This document shows positions 57,733 to 64,000 of a DNA stretch of 64,000 nt, in pieces (the first letter of the stretch is position 1; each line of letters opens with the position of its first letter). The translations under genes were made by a program, and so were the position numbers. Where the stretch lies: contig CAWBKB010000005.1 of the NCBI GenBank assembly GCA_963789265.1, positions 96,001 through 160,000 of the forward strand, given 5' to 3'. The notes under the pieces were generated by a model. That model did no database searches. It had not been told where the DNA came from and saw only the letters and a list, made by a program, of their open reading frames with translations. Source of the stretch: an uncultured delta proteobacterium. GTDB taxonomy: Bacteria > Desulfobacterota > Desulfomonilia > Desulfomonilales > Desulfomonilaceae.

Positions 57733-59148
57733 GTGTTTCACATGGTCAAGATTTACGACATGGCCGTCATCGGCGGGGGGCCCGGTGGTTACGTAACGGC
57801 TTTACGGGCCCGGCAGTTGGGCCTCAGTGTTGTCCTTGCCGAAAAAGAGAAAATAGGCGGAGTTTGTCTCAATAGGGGGTGCATCCCTACGAAGACGCTA
57901 TTGGCCGATGCAGACGGTCTCCACTGGGCCCGACGAGCGGCTAAAGAAGGAATCCTCGATCAACGGGTCAAGCCCAACTTCGCTGGTATGATGGAACGCA
58001 AGAACCGCGTGGTGGGCAAACTGGTCGCGAATCTCGAAGAGCTGCTTGAAGCTAAAGGTATTGAAGTAATCTGCAACAAAGCGAAAATTGCGGAACCCGG
58101 TGCCATAATCACCCAACCAGGGCAAATTCTGAGGTGTCGAAATATTGTCGTCGCAACCGGTTCCCGTTCGTGGGCTCCACCCATTCCAGGAATCGATCTC
58201 CCGGGAGTGTTGAGCACACGGCAGATCCTGGAACTGGAGGAGGTCCCGGAAAGGCTGGCAATCGTAGGCGGCGGCGTGATAGGGCAAGAATTTGCCGCGA
58301 TATTCTCCGCTCTTGGCAGCAAGGTCACTGTTTTGGAAGTGTTGAACAGGATCCTTTGCGAAGTCGATACCGAAATTGCTCGTAGGTACGCTGGCCTTCT
58401 GCCGGGCTACGGCGTCCACACCGAGCTTTCAGCCTGCGTAAGGTCCATCGAAAAAGCAGGCGGTCTTCTCCGAGTGGTGTTCGAGAAAAAAGACAAAGAA
58501 AAGATATGTGAAGCTGACGCGGTACTGTTGGCCACAGGCCGGAAACCTTGTGTGGAAGATCTGGGACTATCAGACATCGGAGTAACTATCAAAAATGGAG
58601 CCATAGATGTCGACCGACGCTTGCGGACTTCTGTGGACGGCATCTATGCTATCGGAGACGTAACAGGTCGCAAGATGCTGGCTCATGTGGCTTCCTACCA
58701 CGGAGAAATAACAGCCGAGATCATCGCTGGCCGCGAAAGAGATGTTGAAGATGATCTAGCACCGTCCTGTGTCTTTACGATCCCTCAAATCGCCTGGGTG
58801 GGTCTGACCGAGGATCAGGTGAAAGAGTTGGGCCGACCTTTCCGGACCAGCATGGTTTCGCTTGCATCCAGCGGAAAGGCTCAAGCGATGGGTGAAGCGA
58901 GGGGCTGGCTCAAGCTGATCGAGGATTCGACTACAGGCCGACTGATAGGCGCCCACTTCTTGGGACCGCAAGTATCAGAACTCATCGGCGGGGTAACCCT
59001 GGCGATCAGAAAAGGGCTGTCGGCAGCCGACATAATAGAGACTATTTATCCGCATCCCACACTCTCTGAATCCTTGAGAGAAGCTGCCCTGGGATTTTCT
59101 GACGGGCCTATTCACGCTGGAGCCAAAACGCGATCGTTTGGCGACTGA
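57733..59148 (+). CDS. lpdA: Dihydrolipoamide dehydrogenase
   Basis: GGGPGGY, GGVCLNRGCIPTK, GGGVIG, YAIGD, MLAH, HPTLSE. Confidence 0.93.
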   Translation: MFHMVKIYDMAVIGGGPGGYVTALRARQLGLSVVLAEKEKIGGVCLNRGCIPTKTLLADADGLHWARRAAKEGILDQRVKPNFAGMMERKNRVVGKLVANLEELLEAKGIEVICNKAKIAEPGAIITQPGQILRCRNIVVATGSRSWAPPIPGIDLPGVLSTRQILELEEVPERLAIVGGGVIGQEFAAIFSALGSKVTVLEVLNRILCEVDTEIARRYAGLLPGYGVHTELSACVRSIEKAGGLLRVVFEKKDKEKICEADAVLLATGRKPCVEDLGLSDIGVTIKNGAIDVDRRLRTSVDGIYAIGDVTGRKMLAHVASYHGEITAEIIAGRERDVEDDLAPSCVFTIPQIAWVGLTEDQVKELGRPFRTSMVSLASSGKAQAMGEARGWLKLIEDSTTGRLIGAHFLGPQVSELIGGVTLAIRKGLSAADIIETIYPHPTLSESLREAALGFSDGPIHAGAKTRSFGD

Positions 59149-59187
59149 AGACAGAGACAGGGACAGACGCCCAAAACAGGTGAGCAA

Positions 59188-60765
59188 TTGAAAATCCTCC
59201 GACTTCTTGACACCGGTAGACTCTCCGCGGCGGCCAATATGGCCCTGGACAAGATCATCGTCGAAGAGGTCGCTCATCTGAACAGCCCCCCAACTCTGCG
59301 TTTCTTGCAGTTCAAGCCTGCGGCCGCGCTTGTAGGCTATCATCAGGACGTTAATCTTGAGATCAGGCAAGACTATTGCCGCGACCACGCCATTGACATA
59401 AATCGAAGGCACACTGGAGGAGGCACCATACTATTCCAAGAATCGGCCCTCGGCTGGGAACTCTATGGCGTTCCGGGTGAGAAGCCTTTCAAGGGCGACT
59501 ACACAGCATTACTCGTAAAAATTTGTACAATAGCAGCGTCGGCGATTTCTCGGTTCGGAATCCCGGCCCGTTTCAGGCCCCGGAACGATATCGAAGTGCA
59601 CGGAAGAAAGATTTCCGGTACGGGCGGTATGACGGTTTCCGGAGGTTTTATGTTCCAGGGGACTCTCCTCGTGGAGAATCAGGTGGACCTATTTCTCAAG
59701 GCATTGCGAGTTCCGATTGAAAAATTGAAGAAGCGTGAGATCGAGTCTCTTATGGAACGAATATGCTTCCTGTCTGACTTGGTACAGCCTACCCCCCCCG
59801 GGAAGCGCATCAAAGAGATTATGGCAGCCGAATTTTCCGATAAGTTAGAGGCTAGCATAGTTCCCGGGATGTTGACCGAACGGGAGAACCGGCGCCTGCG
59901 AGAGGAAATAGCTTATTTCGAGAGTTCCGCGTGGATCATGTCCCGTTCACGCCCGCCACACGAGGGGGAGCCGCTCCGTTCAATATGTCAGACGGAAGCG
60001 GGAACCCTGAGAGTGCATTTATGGTTGGCTCCAGGAGGGAAGAGAGTACGGCAAGCTCTTATTTCGGGTGACTTCTTCGCCGTACCGAGTAGGGTTATCC
60101 ACGATCTGGAAGCCGCACTTGTCGGGTCACCTGTGGAAGGCAGTGCGCTAAGGGATTGTGTGATTACCTTCTTTCGTCAAAACGCGGGCGAAATATCCGG
60201 GGTCCGCGCGGAAGTCGTTGCCGGTGCCGTGGCCTCGGCTGGGGACCGGCGTCTACTAATGAACGAAAACTTCTCGGGATCGGAAGTTAATGAGCTGTTT
60301 CTACTCAATATTGTTCCTCAGGAACTTCACAACCATAGGCCCAAATGGTTGCTCCTCCCGTACTGCTCCAAAGATCTGGCTTGCGTCTTCCGTCAGCTAC
60401 CGGGGTGCGAAGAATGCGGCCGGTGCGAAATTGGAGAATGCTTTGGATTGGCGCGCTCTCTAAATGTCGAACCGATCACCATTCAGAGCTTCGAACACCT
60501 CATGCAAACTTTGCGTAACAAGTGCGCGGACAGAGACGGCGTTTACGTCGGCTCCTGCTGTGAGGCGTTTTATGCCAAACACCAGCGAGAGATGGAAGAA
60601 GTCAACGCACGCGGCATTTTGGTGAATCTGGATTCCACTACGTGCTACGATCTCGGTAAGGGAAGCAGCGCCTACCGAGGTCATTTCGATAACAAGACTT
60701 CACTCAATCTAGGGTTGATCTCAAAAACCCTCAGGCGGCTTTATGCTTGGCACGCTCCCGTGTGA
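59188..60765 (+). CDS. Lipoate-protein ligase (catalytic + accessory domain) fused to a Cys-rich DUF116-like domain
   Basis: NMALD, RRHTGGG, PRNDI..HGRKISGTG, QGTLL, ISGDFF; tail LLLPYCSK..C..CEECGRC..C...GSCCEAF...TTCY. Confidence 0.85.
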   Translation: MKILRLLDTGRLSAAANMALDKIIVEEVAHLNSPPTLRFLQFKPAAALVGYHQDVNLEIRQDYCRDHAIDINRRHTGGGTILFQESALGWELYGVPGEKPFKGDYTALLVKICTIAASAISRFGIPARFRPRNDIEVHGRKISGTGGMTVSGGFMFQGTLLVENQVDLFLKALRVPIEKLKKREIESLMERICFLSDLVQPTPPGKRIKEIMAAEFSDKLEASIVPGMLTERENRRLREEIAYFESSAWIMSRSRPPHEGEPLRSICQTEAGTLRVHLWLAPGGKRVRQALISGDFFAVPSRVIHDLEAALVGSPVEGSALRDCVITFFRQNAGEISGVRAEVVAGAVASAGDRRLLMNENFSGSEVNELFLLNIVPQELHNHRPKWLLLPYCSKDLACVFRQLPGCEECGRCEIGECFGLARSLNVEPITIQSFEHLMQTLRNKCADRDGVYVGSCCEAFYAKHQREMEEVNARGILVNLDSTTCYDLGKGSSAYRGHFDNKTSLNLGLISKTLRRLYAWHAPV

Positions 60766-61903
60766 CATACTTGTTGTCGGAGCAGGCCCAGCGGGCTCTT
60801 CGGCTGCCGCAGCCGCGGCCCGGGCAGGTGCCGAAACGGTGATGATCGAGGCCAAAGTCAGGATAGGCGAACAACCTCATTGCGGCGAGTTCGTTCCTGA
60901 GCGCATGTTTGGCGAGATGACTCTCCCCGGAAGCGCTGTCATGCAGAGGGTTGACTACCTTGAGACTCGTGTCACGAGTCGAAGTAATGCTACAGAGACC
61001 GTCTTAAGCCGATCTCAAAAGGGCGCCGGCAAAACCCAATACAAGAAAAGCGAAATGCTCGCCCCAGGGTTCTTGATAGACCGTGTCAGGTTCGATCGCG
61101 ATTTAGCCCGCGAAGCTGCCGCCCAAGGGGTTACGGTCTTTTGTGGTGCCAGGTTGCTTCATGGCCGAGACGGGTCTTGGATTATAGAGTACGGCCGACA
61201 AGAGAAAGTCTGCCGGCCCAAATTCACGATCGCGGCTGACGGGGCGTGTTCTACTGTTGCGGCTTCAATGCAAATGAGCTTGCCGGCAGTCTTGAAAGGC
61301 CTCCAAGCGGAAGTGCCTCTCGTTGAGCCTCTGAATAAGACCCTTGTTTTCCTGGATCAGGATTTCGTGGGTGGCTATGGGTGGGTGTTTCCCAAAGGTG
61401 ACGTGGCAAATGTGGGAATAGGAACGGTTCCAGGAACACACGTTCGTCTGGGCAAGCTGCTGGAAGAGTTTTTGGACAGGTTGTACAGGGAAGGATTAAT
61501 TAGACGCGGCGTATTGGCACGTTCCGGTGGCCTAATTCCCATATCGGGTATCAGAAATAGGATGGTTTCTGGAACGGTTATTTTCTGTGGTGACGCGGCA
61601 GGATTGACCCATCCGATCACAGGCGCCGGGATCCCGCAGGCTATATTCTCGGGAGCATTGGCAGGTCGTGCAGCCGCTGCTGCCTTGACAAGGGGCGATA
61701 CGCTTTATCTCCGCGAATACGAAGCGGAAATCAGGAGCCGCTATCAAGGTGTTATCAACCACGCCCTAAGCAAGCGCACCAGTATGATGGATCGCTGGAA
61801 CGATCGGGACTTTGAAACACTGTGTGAACATACATGGATCGGGTTCAAGGGCTATAGGAAAAGGATAAGGCATTGCGTTCCACAGCCCGTTGACGTCAAA
61901 TAA
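60743..61903 (+). CDS. Geranylgeranyl-reductase-like FAD oxidoreductase (LipT-like)
   Basis: VVGAGPAGS, CGE, DR..FD..LA, AADG, GYGWVFP, GDAAG..HPITGAGI; located between the ligase and LipS genes. Confidence 0.8.
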   Translation: MLGTLPCDILVVGAGPAGSSAAAAAARAGAETVMIEAKVRIGEQPHCGEFVPERMFGEMTLPGSAVMQRVDYLETRVTSRSNATETVLSRSQKGAGKTQYKKSEMLAPGFLIDRVRFDRDLAREAAAQGVTVFCGARLLHGRDGSWIIEYGRQEKVCRPKFTIAADGACSTVAASMQMSLPAVLKGLQAEVPLVEPLNKTLVFLDQDFVGGYGWVFPKGDVANVGIGTVPGTHVRLGKLLEEFLDRLYREGLIRRGVLARSGGLIPISGIRNRMVSGTVIFCGDAAGLTHPITGAGIPQAIFSGALAGRAAAAALTRGDTLYLREYEAEIRSRYQGVINHALSKRTSMMDRWNDRDFETLCEHTWIGFKGYRKRIRHCVPQPVDVK

Positions 61904-62876
61904 CAACCAAGATCCGCGCATGAAAGGTGCGGCTATGCAGAAGACATATGACGAGGAATTGGCAGCCATTCTTGACAATGCGTGGAATGAGTCCCGTTCC
62001 CGTCACGGCAACAATCTCACCGTGCATGTTCCGGGTATGTTCGTAGTTGACGGCAGACGGGGAAAGTACAGAGCCGTTTCCATAACCGGTGCTAAGTGCG
62101 ATTTGAGCTGTGAGCACTGCAAGGGATCACTCATAAAGACAATGACTGCCGCGTCTAGTCCCGAGACATTGCTGCGCTTCGGAAGAGAGGCCGCGGAGCG
62201 TGGAGATCGTGGAATCCTGGTAACAGGCGGGTGTGATTCAAAGGGCAGACTGCCGTGGAAGAAATTTTTGGCAGCGATCGGTACGCTGAAAGCAGAAACC
62301 GACCTGACAATCAGCGTTCACACGGGTCAAGTCAACCGAGAAACCGCCTGCGCTCTGAAGGAGTCAGGGGTAGACCAGGCTTTGGTCGATATCATCGGGG
62401 ATGACGAGACCGCCAGGAAAGTCTATCACCTTGCCGAAGGGGCCTCAACGATACGCCACACGATGGAAGCTCTGGCACTGGCCAAGCTCAACGTTGTCCC
62501 TCACATTCTGTTCGGTATCTACTACGGCAGAGAAAGGGGCGAGACCGCAGCGCTGGAGATGCTCGGGGATTTTCCCGTAAGCAAATATGTCGTCGTAGTG
62601 ATCATGCCCGCCAAGGGCACGCCAATGGCTGATGTTCCACCGCCCCCGGCCCGAAGCGTCGCGACGTTTCTGGCTCGGGCTCGTCTTGAGTTTCCGGAGT
62701 TGGAAGCCTCTCTAGGATGCGCGCGCCCCAGGGGATATTATCGCCGCGAGCTGGATATCTTGGCTATACGAGCCGGCATAAATTCCCTGGCCCTTCCTTC
62801 GGAACCCGCTCTGGAAGAGGCCAGGAGAAGAGGGCTGAACATTATTTCCAGGGAGACTTGTTGCTCGCTTTCATAG
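61890..62876 (+). CDS. lipS1: Radical SAM lipoyl synthase LipS1-type (start may be ATG 61920 or 61935)
   Basis: CDLSCEHC, LGCARP and C-terminal TCC motifs. Confidence 0.8.
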   Translation: MTSNNNQDPRMKGAAMQKTYDEELAAILDNAWNESRSRHGNNLTVHVPGMFVVDGRRGKYRAVSITGAKCDLSCEHCKGSLIKTMTAASSPETLLRFGREAAERGDRGILVTGGCDSKGRLPWKKFLAAIGTLKAETDLTISVHTGQVNRETACALKESGVDQALVDIIGDDETARKVYHLAEGASTIRHTMEALALAKLNVVPHILFGIYYGRERGETAALEMLGDFPVSKYVVVVIMPAKGTPMADVPPPPARSVATFLARARLEFPELEASLGCARPRGYYRRELDILAIRAGINSLALPSEPALEEARRRGLNIISRETCCSLS

Positions 62877-62957
62877 CGCAATGCTAAATGAGCGTTGTTT
62901 TGGGTATCTGATCGACACGCGGATTCCCTATCCTCACTCTTTCAGGAGGCTGGTATC

Positions 62958-64000
62958 ATGCCGTTGCCAAGTGCCGATTCGAGTGCAATCAAAGTAGTTG
63001 AGAGCCCTCAATACGTGAGGCTCTCCCTTGCTGCGGCAATGACCCTGGGGTTTGCACCCGGCTGGTTCTACAGAAATGCGAAGCTTGGCTGCATCAACCT
63101 ACTGACGACGTATGGAGGAGGATGCAAGGCCAACTGCGCTTTCTGCGGTCTCGCCGGTGAGAACAAAGCGATTCCCGCCAAAAGCCGTTTCATCCGCGTT
63201 CCTTGGAAGACCTGGCCCACCCAAGACGTAATTGACGCGTGCAAACATGCACCGGCTTACGTGGGTAGAGTCTGCATATCTATGATCACCCATCCTCGCT
63301 GCAGAAACGATGTCCTGACCATTTGTCGCCGGATTTCAAATGAAACTGGAAAATTAGTGTCGATTCTGATCTCGCCCACACTAGTGGATCGCGATGACCT
63401 CAAAGCAATGAAAGATGCCGGCGCGGACCGGATCGGCGTGGCGGTGGACGCGGCCACGCCGTATCTCTTTAACCAACTTCGCGGCAAGCCGGTCGGCGGC
63501 CCGCATCGCTGGGAGAGGTATTGGGCGACTTACGAACAGAGCCTTGAAATTTTCGGTAAAGGCATGGCCGGAGTCCATCTGATCTGCGGTCTCGGGGAGA
63601 CTGAACAGGAGTTGGTGGGTGCCATGTCCAGGGCGAAGGCCATGGGCGGCTTCACTCACCTGTTCTCTTTCTTTCCCGAGCGAGGTTCGGTTATGGAGAA
63701 CCACCCTATTCCGCCGATCGGAACGTATCGCCGAATTCAATTAGCCCGCTGGTTGATCGACAACGGGCTGAATCGCTTTGACCTCATGGAATTCGATCAT
63801 GCGGGAAGGATCGTGGAATTCGCGCTATCCGAGGGCGCATTGATCGAAGTAGTTCGCTCGGGCCTGCCTTTCGAGACCTCCGGATGCCCCGGTCGGGATG
63901 GCAGAGTAGCGTGCAATCGGCCGTACGGCAATGAGAAGCCAGGTCCGACCATAAGAAACTTCCCGTTTCCTCCGGATGAAGAAGACCTAAATAGGATAAC
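62958..64000 (+). CDS. lipS2: Radical SAM lipoyl synthase LipS2-type, runs off the window edge (absent from the ORF track)
   Basis: AGGAGG then ATG 62958; manual translation gives CKANCAFC and TSGCPGRDGRVACNRPY with no stop before 64000. Confidence 0.85.
   Translation, partial: MPLPSADSSAIKVVESPQYVRLSLAAAMTLGFAPGWFYRNAKLGCINLLTTYGGGCKANCAFCGLAGENKAIPAKSRFIRVPWKTWPTQDVIDACKHAPAYVGRVCISMITHPRCRNDVLTICRRISNETGKLVSILISPTLVDRDDLKAMKDAGADRIGVAVDAATPYLFNQLRGKPVGGPHRWERYWATYEQSLEIFGKGMAGVHLICGLGETEQELVGAMSRAKAMGGFTHLFSFFPERGSVMENHPIPPIGTYRRIQLARWLIDNGLNRFDLMEFDHAGRIVEFALSEGALIEVVRSGLPFETSGCPGRDGRVACNRPYGNEKPGPTIRNFPFPPDEEDLNRI

Noticed and set aside
1..64000. CRISPR array, rRNA or tRNA genes
   Set aside because: No regularly spaced repeats or recognisable structural RNA signatures were seen by eye.
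61890..64000. Biotin synthase or canonical LipA
   Set aside because: No LipA CX4CX5C motif; LipS1/LipS2 motifs and ligase context fit better.

Overview
Bacterial chromosomal window of moderately high GC. Gene content points to an anaerobic deltaproteobacterium, probably Desulfomonile-like (inference). In order: an Fe-S protein; TetR plus a branched-chain-amino-acid-type ABC importer; a minus-strand MarR / membrane protein / UbiG-like methyltransferase / HlyD-ABC exporter block; SWIM-SNF2 helicase; MBL hydrolase; PBP1A; mnmA-larE-PAC2-hypothetical; an OYE-family oxidoreductase flanked by two decayed RAYT-like transposase copies; an L,D-transpeptidase; a sugar ABC operon cut by an IS1182 element; class II ribonucleotide reductase; MFS, NifU, RtcA, tautomerase, DinB, murI and pgpA; a phosphatase / methyltransferase / two glycosyltransferases / B12-radical SAM cluster; an accessory patch with a DUF262 + HEPN pair followed by apparently orphaned antitoxin genes; RNase H-like and CYTH genes; Skp; and lpdA followed by the non-canonical lipoate assembly genes (ligase with a Cys-rich DUF116-like tail, LipT-like, LipS1, LipS2 running off the edge). 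At least five genes carry single-base +1 frameshifts, most simply consensus errors. No rRNA, tRNA or CRISPR array was seen. Best novelty candidates: the DUF262-HEPN module with its orphan-antitoxin neighbourhood, the lipoate ligase-DUF116 fusion, and the glycosyltransferase/B12-radical SAM cluster. All family calls are from motif recognition by eye; no searches were run.
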